A DNA stretch of 64,000 nt from an uncultured Polynucleobacter sp. Lineage in GTDB: Bacteria > Bdellovibrionota_B > Oligoflexia > Oligoflexales > RGVZ01. Every line of letters starts with the position of its first letter. Position 1 is the first letter of the stretch. Below are positions 1-10,371 of this stretch, piece after piece. The notes below the pieces were generated by a model. It had not been told where the DNA came from. It did not search any database and was given only the letters and a program-made list of their open reading frames with translations. The position numbers and the translations under genes are program-made. Location: positions 8,599 to 72,598 of the forward strand of contig CAYOEM010000004.1 of the NCBI GenBank assembly GCA_964402975.1, given 5' to 3'.

Positions 1-1
1 G

Positions 2-229
2 AGCTATAGTTTGGACAGGAATTCATACGCATTATCCGTGGACGACCGTGCCGCCATGGCCCGAATCTATCCAGAAACCGGGGGTCACGAACGTCTGGCG
101 CCAGGCTGCAGCATCGGCTTTTTACGAGCGGACCCCGGAAATTCTTGGCTCTTTTATGCGCTTTTAATCGCCATCCCTGCCATTTATCGACTCCTGGCAC
201 GAATCTTGAGGACAATCGTCAGGATTTAG
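2..229 (+). CDS. 3' end of a CDS truncated by the window edge. The C-terminal tail is a Cys, a hydrophobic helix and an Arg-rich end, possibly a sorting or anchor signal.
   Basis: The frame is open from base 2 (SYSLDRNSYALSVDDRAAMARIYPE...) and ends PGCSIGF...SWLFYALLIAIPAIYRLLARILRTIVRI*. The 'LSxDD...Y' segment resembles the end of metzincin catalytic domains, but there is too little sequence to assign a family. Confidence 0.35.
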   Translation, partial: SYSLDRNSYALSVDDRAAMARIYPETGGHERLAPGCSIGFLRADPGNSWLFYALLIAIPAIYRLLARILRTIVRI

Positions 230-294
230 CTTGCGGGGGTATTTGGGCTTTCATATAAGTAGTCCGTGATAAACCTCACTGATTCGGGCTCAAT

Positions 295-1389
295 ATGGCA
301 GTTCAAGCACCCCTCCCTGATGACATCCAAAGTCTATCCCACGCGCAAGCCCATCACTTGGTTCGCGAGGCGAAGTCAAAACTAGGAAAAGACGTCATCG
401 TCTTGGGCCATCATTATCAGCGTGACGAAGTTATTGACCATGCAGATGCCACCGGCGATAGCCTTAAGCTTGCCAAGATCGCCCGCGATTGCGACGCTAA
501 AAATATTATTTTTTGTGGCGTCCACTTCATGGCAGAGACTGCCGACATTCTGACTGGTGGCACACGCTACGTGTGCCTTCCCGACTTGGGTGCCGGCTGT
601 GACATGGCTGACATGGCTGAGATCCGCGATGTGGAAGATGCTTGGAACCAGGCCAAAGAATCTGGTGCGGGCACAATTATTCCGGTCACGTATATAAATT
701 CTTCGGCCGCCATAAAGTCATTTGTTGGACGACACGGCGGCGTTATCTGCACATCATCAAATGCTAAAGCTGTTATAACTTGGGCTTTGAGTCGAGGAGA
801 TCACGTATTCTTTTTCCCCGACCAACATTTGGGTCGAAATATTGCCAAAGGCCTCGGGCTAGCTCCCGCAAATGACATGCTGTTGTGGGATCCTTTAAAA
901 CCTTTGGGTGGACATAGCGACAAGACTATTTGCTCTCGAAAAATCTGGCTCTGGAAAGGCCATTGCCCAGTCCATGCACTTTTTACAGTTCAGCAAGTCA
1001 AAAAAATTCGAAACGATAATCCTGAAACTAAAATACTCGTTCACCCCGAGTGCGCCATGGAGATCGTGGATCTTGCAGACTTGTCTGGATCTACTGATTA
1101 CATTATCAAGACGGTGGAAGCGGCCAAGCCGGGAACTCACTGGGCTATCGGAACTGAAAAGCATTTAGTAGAACGATTAGCAAAACAACACCCCGATAAG
1201 ACGATCACCAGCTTAAACCCTTACACCTGCCTCTGTGGAACCATGAACCGAATAAGCGTTCACAACTTGGCATGGTCCTTAAGTCGTCTTGCATTTCACG
1301 GTGAACGGCCTAATCAAATATCCGTCCCCAGAGACATCGCTACGAACTCCTTACTCGCTCTGGAGCGCATGTTTGACTTAAGCCACTAG
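295..1389 (+). CDS. nadA: Quinolinate synthase NadA
   Basis: 364 aa. Typical NadA segments are present (LGHHYQRDEV, FCGVHFMAETADIL, HPEC, and conserved Cys residues for the 4Fe-4S cluster). Length fits the family. Confidence 0.9.
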   Translation: MAVQAPLPDDIQSLSHAQAHHLVREAKSKLGKDVIVLGHHYQRDEVIDHADATGDSLKLAKIARDCDAKNIIFCGVHFMAETADILTGGTRYVCLPDLGAGCDMADMAEIRDVEDAWNQAKESGAGTIIPVTYINSSAAIKSFVGRHGGVICTSSNAKAVITWALSRGDHVFFFPDQHLGRNIAKGLGLAPANDMLLWDPLKPLGGHSDKTICSRKIWLWKGHCPVHALFTVQQVKKIRNDNPETKILVHPECAMEIVDLADLSGSTDYIIKTVEAAKPGTHWAIGTEKHLVERLAKQHPDKTITSLNPYTCLCGTMNRISVHNLAWSLSRLAFHGERPNQISVPRDIATNSLLALERMFDLSH

Positions 1390-1403
1390 ATGGATGATCT
1401 GTC

Positions 1404-2582
1404 ATGGTTGCACCTAAAAGTTTTTACTTGGACCACTGCGGCTCCACGCCCATGTCCAATGACGTCAAGATGCATATTAAACAGATGCTTGAGGATGATG
1501 CCTTTGGCAACGCCGCCGCATCCCATCATTTAGAAGGCCAGAGGGCCGAAAGCCTCATCAATACGGCGCGCCAAGAGATCGCGAGTTTGGTTAACTCATC
1601 CCCCGACAATGTCCTGTTCACATCAGGGGCCAGTGAGGCGAATAACTTGGTTTTGTGGGGGCATGCGCTCAGATTCGCTGGGCGATCTCCACAGATACTA
1701 TTTGGATCCACTGAGCACAAAAGCGTATTTGAGGCATGCCATGCCATTCAGTCATCTGGCCTTGCGCATGCGAGGGAGCTGCGCGTCACAAGTAATGGCG
1801 CAGTAGATCTGAATGATCTTGAATTCTTATTGAAGTCCTCAAAAGGTAAACCCACTCTCGTAGCGCTCATGCATATCAATAATGAGATTCCGGTACGACA
1901 TCCTGTCGAAGACGTATCAGCCTTGTGCCGAGCTCACGGGGCTTATTTCCACTGCGACGGTGTTCAGGGCTTTGTCCGAGAATCTGTAGATTTCTCGAGA
2001 GACCAATTTGGCAGCTATGTGATTTCGCCCCACAAAATCTACGGTCCAAAGGGTGTCGGCGTCCTTTTACTTGGGCAAAACGCGCTTTCACCCCGTTTAA
2101 ATCCTCCATACCGGGGCGGTGATCAGGAGGGCGGCCTGAGGCCTGGAACCCACAACACTCTGGCGATTGCCGCTACAGCGACGGCTATTTTGTCACACTC
2201 ACGCCTTCGAGCAGAACGGGTCCAGCACATGCGCGCCTGCGCAGATATGTTCACCAGCAATCTATTAAGTGCTACGAGCGAAATTTTTTTGACGACCCCG
2301 ACAAACCTTGAGGCGGCTGGTATTGTTAGTTTCTACGCACGAAATATTGATGCGCCGTCGCTCCTAGAATCACTGCCCATTGTTTGCATCAACAAAGGCT
2401 CATCCTGCATTGGATCAAGCGGCGAAAAATTCAGCCACGTACCAAAAGCTCTTGGTCTGCCAATTGAAATTCAAGCAAACATTCTTCGTGCGAGCTTTGG
2501 TGACGGAATCAGTCTAGCGGATTCCAAAACCGCGGCAATGATGATTTCGGAAGCCATCATAAAACTAAAGAGCCCGCACTAA
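1404..2582 (+). CDS. Cysteine desulfurase (class V aminotransferase, NifS/IscS-like)
   Basis: 392 aa. It has FTSGASEANN, a PLP-Lys region (SPHKIYGPKGVGVL) and a C-terminal GSSCIGSS active-site Cys loop. It starts 15 nt after nadA. Confidence 0.85.
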   Translation: MVAPKSFYLDHCGSTPMSNDVKMHIKQMLEDDAFGNAAASHHLEGQRAESLINTARQEIASLVNSSPDNVLFTSGASEANNLVLWGHALRFAGRSPQILFGSTEHKSVFEACHAIQSSGLAHARELRVTSNGAVDLNDLEFLLKSSKGKPTLVALMHINNEIPVRHPVEDVSALCRAHGAYFHCDGVQGFVRESVDFSRDQFGSYVISPHKIYGPKGVGVLLLGQNALSPRLNPPYRGGDQEGGLRPGTHNTLAIAATATAILSHSRLRAERVQHMRACADMFTSNLLSATSEIFLTTPTNLEAAGIVSFYARNIDAPSLLESLPIVCINKGSSCIGSSGEKFSHVPKALGLPIEIQANILRASFGDGISLADSKTAAMMISEAIIKLKSPH

Positions 2583-2594
2583 TCAAGTGCGGGC
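2572..2594 (-). terminator. Perfect 8-bp hairpin between convergent genes, a possible flagellin terminator
   Basis: GCCCGCAC-taatcaa-GTGCGGGC. On the minus strand it is followed by a T-containing tract (TCTTTAGTTTTA). It overlaps the stop codon of the + strand CDS. Confidence 0.4.
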
Positions 2595-2620
2595 CCCCCA
2601 GCAATTCCTAAGACAAGTAT

Positions 2621-3544
2621 TTAGCCGCGCAAGAGTTGAAGAGCGAAATCACTGTTTGCGTTAGCTTGCGTTAGGACAGAGACACCTGCTTGTGTCAGAA
2701 TTCTGTTGGTCGCAAGTTTGGCCGTCTCAGCAGCATAGTCCACATCTCGAATCCTACTTTGTGCCGCCTGAAGGTTCTCACTCGTCACATCAATATTTGT
2801 GATGCTGGAATTTAGCCGTGACTGCACCGAGCCAAGAACAGCGCGGTAGGATGCCATCGAGTCTAGGGCTGAGTCTAAGCGATTAAAAATATCGTTTGTT
2901 CCAGCTGGACCCAAATCCGCAGCGCCGCCGTCAGAATCACCCGGGACAATTGTCAGATCTTCATCCAAGACCGCTTCCATGGCTTCCCTAAAGGTCGCTA
3001 GGTCCTTAAGATCAACCGTCAAAATATCTGGATCATCTTCCGGGCTAATGTCTGGGGAATTTCCCTCTGCATCATTGCCCCGGTTACTTGCGCCAACGAA
3101 AATCCGCATTGGCTTTTGCTCATCAACCTTCAGAACTTTGGCGCCGTTGAACTCAGTCGAGTCCATGATGCGGCCAACCTCCTGACGAAGCTGAGTGAAT
3201 TCCTTGTTGAGGAACTCACGCTCACGATTACCGATGGTGTCGGACGCCGCTTGAGCGGCCAACTCGCGCATCCTCACAACGATATTTGTTGTCTCGTTCA
3301 GGCCGCCCTCGGCAACCTGTATATACGAGATACCATCGTTGGCGTTACGTTTTGCAACCTCAAGGCTCCGCGTTTTAGCGCGAATACGCTCGCTCACCGC
3401 GAGTCCTGCCGCGTCATCAGCAGACTTGTTAACACGTTGTCCACTCGCCAACTTTTCGTATGACTCGCCCAGCGCCTTGCGGCTATCACTAACACGACGT
3501 TGCGACACCAATGATTCAATATTGGTCTTAATTCTAATACCCAT
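2621..3544 (-). CDS. Flagellin (307 aa from the internal ATG)
   Basis: MGIRIKTNIESL...RLASGQRVNKSADDAAGLAVSE N-terminal and ...LTQANANSDFALQLLRG C-terminal flagellin signatures. AGGAGG lies 8 nt upstream of the ATG at 3544. The 17 codons of the tracked ORF upstream of that ATG are probably not translated. Confidence 0.9.
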   Translation of the reverse strand: MGIRIKTNIESLVSQRRVSDSRKALGESYEKLASGQRVNKSADDAAGLAVSERIRAKTRSLEVAKRNANDGISYIQVAEGGLNETTNIVVRMRELAAQAASDTIGNREREFLNKEFTQLRQEVGRIMDSTEFNGAKVLKVDEQKPMRIFVGASNRGNDAEGNSPDISPEDDPDILTVDLKDLATFREAMEAVLDEDLTIVPGDSDGGAADLGPAGTNDIFNRLDSALDSMASYRAVLGSVQSRLNSSITNIDVTSENLQAAQSRIRDVDYAAETAKLATNRILTQAGVSVLTQANANSDFALQLLRG

Positions 3545-3630
3545 AGAAGTAACCTCCTCTGTTTTGGGCAGACGAACCCACCATGGGCCGTCCATCTTGG
3601 TTCAACAAATTATTCTTGCGTCACTACGAA

Positions 3631-4506
3631 TTAGCGGAGCAGCTGGAGAGCTTGCTCTGGCGCAGCGTTAGCCTGTTGTAGAACAGCAGTCGATGAGCTT
3701 GTAAGAATGCGGGCTTGTGTAAGCTCGGCCGTCTCACTTGCAAAGTCGACATCTTTGATTCGGCTCTTCGCTGTTTCCATATTCTCAACATTGATTGCTA
3801 GGTTTGAAAGGGCGCTGCCAAGGCGGCTCTGAACAGAACCTAGGGTTGCGCGCTCGCTTGCAATTTTGTTGAGGGCTTCGTCGATGACATTGAGCTTGGA
3901 GCTGATTTCTTCAAGCGATGGTCCAGCTCCACCATCAACTGAGCCGATTTCCGCTTCTTTGCCAATGCCAAGGTCAGAGGTGTTAAACTTCAGGCCAGCC
4001 AAGCTGATTGCGATCGTATCATTGTTTTGGTCTGGAGTTGTGCCGTTGGTACCAACTTGGATCACGAACTGATCACGGTCTGCCTCTTTGTCGAAGATCT
4101 TGATACCGTTGAACTCGGTTGAATTTCCGATACGGTCAATCTCATCGGCAAGCTGTGTGTACTCACGGTTTAGGAACGATCTTTCTCGGTCACCGATAGT
4201 ATCGGTTGACGATTGAACCGTTAGCTCTCGGAGACGAATCAAGATGTTGGTCATCTCGTTCATACTTCCCTCGGCAACTTGAACCATAGAGACGGCGTCA
4301 TTCGCGTTGCGTTTAGCAACGTTAAGACCACGAATCTTGCCTCTTAAGCTTTCTGAGATGGCGAGTCCAGCGGCATCGTCGGCTGATTTGTTGATTCTGT
4401 AGCCTGAGGACAATCTCTCGAGGCTTTTGCTCATTGCGTCCTTGTTGTCAGACATGAAGCGTTGAGCAGTAATGGCAGGCACGTTAGTTCTAATTCGCAT
4501 TCCCAT
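3631..4506 (-). CDS. Flagellin (291 aa)
   Basis: MGMRIRTNVPAI...RLSSGYRINKSADDAAGLAISE and C-terminal VLQQANAAPEQALQLLR. A GGAGGA Shine-Dalgarno sequence lies upstream. Confidence 0.9.
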   Translation of the reverse strand: MGMRIRTNVPAITAQRFMSDNKDAMSKSLERLSSGYRINKSADDAAGLAISESLRGKIRGLNVAKRNANDAVSMVQVAEGSMNEMTNILIRLRELTVQSSTDTIGDRERSFLNREYTQLADEIDRIGNSTEFNGIKIFDKEADRDQFVIQVGTNGTTPDQNNDTIAISLAGLKFNTSDLGIGKEAEIGSVDGGAGPSLEEISSKLNVIDEALNKIASERATLGSVQSRLGSALSNLAINVENMETAKSRIKDVDFASETAELTQARILTSSSTAVLQQANAAPEQALQLLR

Positions 4507-4630
4507 AGTAAATCCTCCTTGAATTCGTTTTGATTACTGGGCACTCTGGGCTCAGCAGCAAGAACCACCCTGGCTCTTGCGACGAAGGAGTTCGTACGGT
4601 TTGGTAAAAAACTTTAAATTTTTTTAGCTT

Positions 4631-5626
4631 TTGACAAATCCCTCACGAAACGGCAGAGAGATCCGCGAATTGGCCACTTATTCAAATAATCTCGAAGGCT
4701 TATGGTCTTTGGCACTACACAAAATTCGCGAATTTTCCCTCGAAAATCAGCGGTTTGCGATCGGTGTGTCGGGAGGTGCTGATTCTATTGCACTTTTTCA
4801 CGTTTTTTCGGATTTTCTTAAAAAAAATATTATTTCTGATTTGGTCGTTTTTCACATTAACTTTGGACTTCGTGGCGAGGAGAGTGACGGCGACGAGCGA
4901 TTTGTTCGGTCAGTTTGTAGCGAATCAAACGTCCCTTGCACAGTGCACAAGCCAGCTCAGCCCATATCAGAGTCCATTCAAGAAGCGGCTAGAGACCTCC
5001 GCTTGGACATCCAAAACGAGTTCCGACGCAAGGGATATATCATATCCCTAGCTCATAACGCTGATGACATCACGGAAACCGTTCTTATGCGGCTTTGCAG
5101 AGGAACTGCTCCTAATTTGGCTGCCGGCATGACGTATTTTAATGGAGAAATTTTCAGGCCCTGGCTGGATATTTCTAGAGAGATGATTAGATCGGCTTTA
5201 AGTGCATCTCGAAAATCCTGGCGCGAAGATTCCTCGAATAATAGTAGCGTGTACACACGTAATAGAATTCGTAACGAAGTTATGCCTATTTTAAACGAAC
5301 TATTTCCTGGTGCGAGTACCAGAATTAGTCGCGGTTTCTTACAGGAATTTCCCGCCGATCGCATGACTTCCAGCAAAAAGGGCGGTGTCATGTCCATGGC
5401 ATTTATACAAAACGAGACCCTGGGACACCTGAAGGAGGTCCTGCACAGCTGGTTTAGCGGTATCTACGGAGGTCGGTCGCCCGTCCCCCGCCAAGTCATC
5501 GATCAGATATCCGAATCGGTTCTTTACGTTTTAGCTGGGTCTGGGGAAAGTAAGGAATTTCATTTGCCGGAGGGTAAAATCCTGAAGCTGACCCGCTCGG
5601 AATTAGCGATATACCCACGCAATTAG
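4631..5626 (+). CDS. tilS: tRNA(Ile)-lysidine synthase TilS
   Basis: PP-loop motif GVSGGADSIALFHV, and the typical position upstream of ftsH. The start is uncertain: the tracked TTG leaves 47 aa before the PP-loop, and in-frame TTG codons further downstream are possible. Confidence 0.8.
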   Translation: MTNPSRNGREIRELATYSNNLEGLWSLALHKIREFSLENQRFAIGVSGGADSIALFHVFSDFLKKNIISDLVVFHINFGLRGEESDGDERFVRSVCSESNVPCTVHKPAQPISESIQEAARDLRLDIQNEFRRKGYIISLAHNADDITETVLMRLCRGTAPNLAAGMTYFNGEIFRPWLDISREMIRSALSASRKSWREDSSNNSSVYTRNRIRNEVMPILNELFPGASTRISRGFLQEFPADRMTSSKKGGVMSMAFIQNETLGHLKEVLHSWFSGIYGGRSPVPRQVIDQISESVLYVLAGSGESKEFHLPEGKILKLTRSELAIYPRN

Positions 5627-5763
5627 CGGTACTTTTGCCATTATTTTAGTGTACCTTAAACAGGTTACGAGGAATTCTTTTCCGGCTAGCAGTTTGCTCT
5701 TTCTGTGTCAGAATAAAAACTGGAGCAAAGTTTGAATTTGCAATAATTGGGAGTGGATCGGAT

Positions 5764-7752
5764 ATGGCAAAATTGCCCTCAAAACAGCCAAACCAGACTA
5801 AAATGTCTTTAATTCTAGGAGCTGGAATTCTAGGACTACTACTTCTCCATTTTTTGGTGAAGCCACCAGAAGAGGTTAAGGTCATAAAGTTTTCTGAATT
5901 TACGGAAGCTCTCAAGCTGCCCGCAGATAATCCCAACCGTATTACTGAGGTCACATTTGAAGATCACTCGATCTCGGGCATCCGCGCTGACAAGAGCTCT
6001 TTTCGCACATTCGGACCGTCAGATTCAGACATTCGCAAGGAGCTTCAGGCCTCGGGCGTGAGCATTAACTATAATCCACCTGATACTAGCCGCTGGTGGA
6101 AGGAGCTTCTGACCTACACCATATTGCCTTTGATCATTGTGATCGTGGTCTTATCGATTCTGTTTCGCAACGTTCAGGCCGGCGGTGGCAAGGCCATGAG
6201 TTTTGGCAAGAGCCGTGCAAAAATGCTGACTGATAGCCAACCAAAAATCACATTTAAGGACATCAGCGGTATTGACGAGGCCAAGCAAGAGCTCGAGGAG
6301 ATTATCGACTTTCTCAAGGATCCGAAAAAGTTCACACGCCTCGGCGGGAGAATACCAAAGGGCGTTTTATTGATCGGATCACCCGGTACGGGGAAAACCA
6401 TCTTAGCCAAGGCGATTGCAGGTGAAGCCGGCGTACCGTTCTTTAGCATATCGGGGTCTGACTTTGTCGAAATGTTCGTCGGCGTTGGAGCTAGTCGTGT
6501 TCGAGATCTGTTTGACCAAGCAAAGAGACACGCTCCTTGTATTGTCTTTATAGATGAAATTGACGCGGTTGGACGGCATCGCGGCGCCGGACTAGGTGGT
6601 GGCCACGACGAGCGTGAGCAGACCTTAAACCAACTATTAGTAGAGATGGACGGATTTGAAGGTAACGACGGTGTAATCATCATTGCCGCTACTAACAGAC
6701 CTGACGTATTGGACCCTGCGTTGCTTCGTCCAGGTCGGTTTGACCGTCGCGTAGTTGTGCCGAAGCCGGACGTGCGTGGTCGTGAAGGAATATTGGCAGT
6801 ACACACCAAGAAGGTGCCTTTGGCGGATGACGTTAATCTATCAATCATCGCTCAAGGAACTCCGGGATTTTCGGGTGCGGATCTCGAGAATCTGGTCAAC
6901 GAGGCGGCTTTGATTGCCGCTAGGGGTGACTGCAAAGAGGTGCGCATGCAGCACTTCGAACTAGCTAAAGACAAAGTTTTGATGGGTCCAGAACGTAAAA
7001 GCCTTATTATGAGCGAGGACGAAAAGAGAAACACCGCTTATCATGAAGCGGGTCACGCGCTCGTAGGTCTATTGGTCGGTCACGTAGATCCCGTTCACAA
7101 AATTAGCATTATACCGCGGGGCCAGGCATTGGGAGTGACGATCATGCTCCCAATTGAGGATCGTCTGACGATTTCCAAAGAGTACGCCGAGGGAATGATC
7201 GCATACGCCATGGGGGGACGTGCGGCCGAAGAGCTCATCTTCAACCGGCAAACCACCGGAGCGGGTGATGACATTAATAAAGCCACGGATATTGCCAGGA
7301 AAATGGTTTGCAATTGGGGCATGAGCGATAAGCTTGGGCCTTTGGCGCTCGGTAAAAAGGGTCAAGATGAGGTCTTTTTAGGGCGCGAAATCTCGCAGAC
7401 TAGAAACTTCTCGGAACGAGTTGCTGAAGAAATCGATGAAGAAATCCACCGGCTCGTAACAAATGGGTCTAAGCAGGCATTCAGAATCCTAAAGGACAAC
7501 CGCGATAAATTAGAAGTCCTTGCTGAGGCGCTCTTAATCAAAGAAACCATTGATAGCGAAGACATGAAACGCGTACTAAATGGCGAAAATATCATTACGG
7601 CTGAAGATCGGTCTCGATATGAGGACACGCGCCGCAAGGCTAAAGAGGCCCTCGGAACTAAGGTTCAAACAAGCCAAAAGGATGCTTCTTCGAAGAATAA
7701 CTCGGATAAACGCGATACTGAAATGATGACGCCGCAACCGGCGGGAACGTGA
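5764..7752 (+). CDS. ftsH: ATP-dependent zinc metalloprotease FtsH
   Basis: 662 aa. Two N-terminal TM helices, Walker A GSPGTGKT, the SRH region, and the zinc motif HEAGHAL. Confidence 0.95.
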   Translation: MAKLPSKQPNQTKMSLILGAGILGLLLLHFLVKPPEEVKVIKFSEFTEALKLPADNPNRITEVTFEDHSISGIRADKSSFRTFGPSDSDIRKELQASGVSINYNPPDTSRWWKELLTYTILPLIIVIVVLSILFRNVQAGGGKAMSFGKSRAKMLTDSQPKITFKDISGIDEAKQELEEIIDFLKDPKKFTRLGGRIPKGVLLIGSPGTGKTILAKAIAGEAGVPFFSISGSDFVEMFVGVGASRVRDLFDQAKRHAPCIVFIDEIDAVGRHRGAGLGGGHDEREQTLNQLLVEMDGFEGNDGVIIIAATNRPDVLDPALLRPGRFDRRVVVPKPDVRGREGILAVHTKKVPLADDVNLSIIAQGTPGFSGADLENLVNEAALIAARGDCKEVRMQHFELAKDKVLMGPERKSLIMSEDEKRNTAYHEAGHALVGLLVGHVDPVHKISIIPRGQALGVTIMLPIEDRLTISKEYAEGMIAYAMGGRAAEELIFNRQTTGAGDDINKATDIARKMVCNWGMSDKLGPLALGKKGQDEVFLGREISQTRNFSERVAEEIDEEIHRLVTNGSKQAFRILKDNRDKLEVLAEALLIKETIDSEDMKRVLNGENIITAEDRSRYEDTRRKAKEALGTKVQTSQKDASSKNNSDKRDTEMMTPQPAGT

Positions 7753-7761
7753 GGTTTTGGC

Positions 7762-8592
7762 GTGAGTCAAAACGTATGCGCAGAACCATTAATTATGGGC
7801 ATACTAAATGTCACGCCAGATTCTTTCTCTGATGGCGGTCAATTCAATACGCCGGCTCAGGCTATCGACCATTTCGAGACCCTGCTGAGCGATGGCGCCG
7901 CCATCATAGACATCGGAGCCGAGTCGACAAGGCCTGGGGCAGCTGACGTTGATGATGACGAGGAATGGGGGCGACTCGAACCCATTCTTAATTACGCCAC
8001 AAAAACAAAACAAATTGCCCGAATCAGCGTCGATACGCGAAAATTTAGCGTCATGGAGCGCGCGGTAAAACTAGGCGTCGGCATGGTCAATGTTGTTGGT
8101 CCTTTGCCTGAGGACCGACTTTTACGGAAGCTTTCTAGCTACAATTCAGGCCTTTCTTTCGTTGCTTGTCACATGCACGGCACGCCTCAGACTATGCAAT
8201 TAAACCCGCTCGGTCCTGGGTCGGCTATGAAGCGAGTGCTAGCTTATTTTGAAAGCTCCTGTGATGAGCTTATTGATGCCGGCTTTAAAAAAGAAAACAT
8301 ATTCCTCGATCCTGGAATCGGATTTGGTAAGACTGATGCCGCCAATTTACAGCTGCTGAGAGCGTCTGCAACATTCGCGAGAGACTACCGGCTTGCTTTG
8401 GGTGTTTCGCGCAAAGGATTTATATCGCGCCTTATCGGCAATGACGGTATGGAGGCGCGCGATGGCGCCTCGAAAGCAATTGAAGCGGGTGCGCTCTTGA
8501 GCGGAATCCAATTGATACGCACTCACAACGTCCGCCAGCTGCGGCCGATTTTGAATCTTCTCAGGGACATCCCGGCTGGAGTTTCGGCATGA
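7762..8592 (+). CDS. folP: Dihydropteroate synthase
   Basis: 276 aa. GILNVTPDSFSDGG and DIGAESTRPG motifs. GTG start 10 nt after ftsH. Confidence 0.9.
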   Translation: MSQNVCAEPLIMGILNVTPDSFSDGGQFNTPAQAIDHFETLLSDGAAIIDIGAESTRPGAADVDDDEEWGRLEPILNYATKTKQIARISVDTRKFSVMERAVKLGVGMVNVVGPLPEDRLLRKLSSYNSGLSFVACHMHGTPQTMQLNPLGPGSAMKRVLAYFESSCDELIDAGFKKENIFLDPGIGFGKTDAANLQLLRASATFARDYRLALGVSRKGFISRLIGNDGMEARDGASKAIEAGALLSGIQLIRTHNVRQLRPILNLLRDIPAGVSA

Positions 8593-9425
8593 ATGATGTC
8601 CTGCAACAGTTCACGCTCTGGTCAGCCCTCGACGTGCTGCTGCTGGCGATAATCATTTATCAAATCTTACTGCTCATCAGAGGCACACGTGCAGCCCAGA
8701 TACTTATTGGGATGCTGCTCGTTGTAGGATTGTTCGTGGTGTCTAACATATTTCCATTAACGACAGTCAATTGGATGATGAACAAGTTTTACAGCTCTTT
8801 CATTATTATTTTGATCATTATCTTCCAGGACGATATTCGGCACGTTTTGAGCTCTATGGGTCGCCGAAATATTTTTGTAGGCCAAGATTGGTCGACGAGC
8901 GTTCACATTATTGACGAGATAACTCGCGCGGCGAGTGCGCTTGCCGCAAAGCGTGTCGGAGCGCTCATCGTTATAGAAAGAGGCATCATTTTGACAAGAT
9001 ATGTCGACATTGGTGTGCCTCTTGATGCGAAAATCTCGAAAGAGATCTTAATGGCAATCTTTCACCCGAGCTCTCCCATTCATGACGGCGCGGTCATTCT
9101 TCAGCGCGGACGAATAGCCGCCTCAGGCTGTTTTCTGCCGTTAACTCGAGACGAACATGTAGACCCGAACCTCGGCACAAGGCACCGCGCAGCTATTGGT
9201 ATTTCCGAAGAGACGGACGCTTTAGTGGTTGTCGTCAGTGAAGAGGGGGCCAGCGTCGCGATCGTCGAAGATGGTAAGATTTTTAGGAAGCCGGACGGGC
9301 GCGCATTGCGAGACGCGCTGGCCAAAAGGCTTCTCGTTATGGATACTCAGGAAAATAAAAATCTACCTTGGATCGGTAAGGCTAAAAACTATGCCTCCAG
9401 GCTTTTCGAAACCTCGGAGAAGTAA
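8589..9425 (+). CDS. cdaA: Diadenylate cyclase CdaA (DAC domain, membrane-anchored)
   Basis: 278 aa. Three N-terminal TM helices, then DAC-domain motifs GALIVIER, HDGAVIL and GTRHRAAIGISEETDALVVVVSEE. ATGA overlap with folP. Confidence 0.9.
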   Translation: MNDVLQQFTLWSALDVLLLAIIIYQILLLIRGTRAAQILIGMLLVVGLFVVSNIFPLTTVNWMMNKFYSSFIIILIIIFQDDIRHVLSSMGRRNIFVGQDWSTSVHIIDEITRAASALAAKRVGALIVIERGIILTRYVDIGVPLDAKISKEILMAIFHPSSPIHDGAVILQRGRIAASGCFLPLTRDEHVDPNLGTRHRAAIGISEETDALVVVVSEEGASVAIVEDGKIFRKPDGRALRDALAKRLLVMDTQENKNLPWIGKAKNYASRLFETSEK

Positions 9426-9428
9426 ACT

Positions 9429-10367
9429 ATGGGTCGCGCAGGCTTTACTCAACGCTTATTCGGAAATCTTGGTTACAAGATCACGGCCGTCATTCTCGCA
9501 GGCCTCGTTTGGTACATCGTACAGGGTGAGGAAATTCTTGAGGTAAACGCCAAGTTGGACGTCAAAGTTGAAGTGGCCGGTAATTTCGCACTGCGGGACT
9601 CTGGAATTATTTCTAGGGACGTTACGTTACGTGGACCCCGCGTTCTCATCGGCGCCATGTCCGGAAAAGTTATTGCTGCGGTCATTCGTGTGCCGGCTGG
9701 TAAAATTGGAAGCCTTCGATATCGGTTGGACAAAGAATTTATTCCCGGTTGGGATAACCGAGTTCGATTGACCATTCACGACCCTTACATAACAGTCATG
9801 GTCGAGGAGCGCGTGACCAAGAAGCTACCTGTAAAGCCGGTTGTGCTGGGCGACGTTGCCGATGGTCTTCAGGTTGATGAGATCACGCCAACCCCATCTG
9901 AAATTGAAATCAGTGGACCTAAGACGGATGTTAATCGAATTACCGAGCTTGCCACCGATCCCGTAGACATTACCGGTCTAAAGGAATCAAAGTCTGTGAT
10001 TAGCGGCATCTCAAAGGCCGCCTTACCAGATATTCAGCTATCGTCTCAGGATGTTAACATCTCGATGAAGCTAGGCCCCAAGAAAATGACCAAAAACATA
10101 TCGATTGTTCCCGTTGAAATCACTGGCTCGGAAAAAGTTGGCTCTGTTAGGCCTGCGGGAATATCCGTGGTGATCGCGGTGACCGAGGCGCAACTCCACA
10201 AGATCAACCAAAAAGACGTTCGAGCGTCGGTGAATGCCAAAGATCTTGGGCCCGGCAGATATGAGCTCGGAGTGCTAGTCTCTGCGCCTGATGGCGTCAC
10301 CATTCAAGAGGTCAACCCAAAAGTTGTTTCAGTCGAGATCTATAATCAAAAAAAATTAAAGCCTTAA
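9429..10367 (+). CDS. cdaR: CdaR/YbbR-domain protein (regulator of CdaA)
   Basis: 312 aa. N-terminal TM helix followed by repeated beta-rich YbbR-like modules. It starts 3 nt after cdaA, the conserved cdaA-cdaR arrangement. Confidence 0.7.
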   Translation: MGRAGFTQRLFGNLGYKITAVILAGLVWYIVQGEEILEVNAKLDVKVEVAGNFALRDSGIISRDVTLRGPRVLIGAMSGKVIAAVIRVPAGKIGSLRYRLDKEFIPGWDNRVRLTIHDPYITVMVEERVTKKLPVKPVVLGDVADGLQVDEITPTPSEIEISGPKTDVNRITELATDPVDITGLKESKSVISGISKAALPDIQLSSQDVNISMKLGPKKMTKNISIVPVEITGSEKVGSVRPAGISVVIAVTEAQLHKINQKDVRASVNAKDLGPGRYELGVLVSAPDGVTIQEVNPKVVSVEIYNQKKLKP

Positions 10368-10371
10368 CCCG

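Noticed and set aside
3545-3595. N-terminal extensions of tracked ORFs (flagellin 3545-3595; also atpG 56058-56111 and SDR 60056-60154)
   Set aside because: In each case an internal ATG with a good Shine-Dalgarno sequence gives the canonical family N-terminus. The extension overlaps the upstream gene or lacks an RBS.
4591-4618. Sigma-28-type promoter upstream of the second flagellin gene (minus strand TAAAGTTT...CCGTACGAA)
   Set aside because: The -35-like TAAAGTTT is good, but the -10 region matches GCCGATAA poorly at any allowed spacing. It is not strong enough to list as a feature.
6174-6848. 224-aa ORF antisense to ftsH
   Set aside because: It lies entirely within the strongly supported ftsH frame. 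The product is low-complexity and Ser/Pro/Arg-rich, typical of a shadow ORF opposite a GC-balanced gene. No ribosome-binding site.
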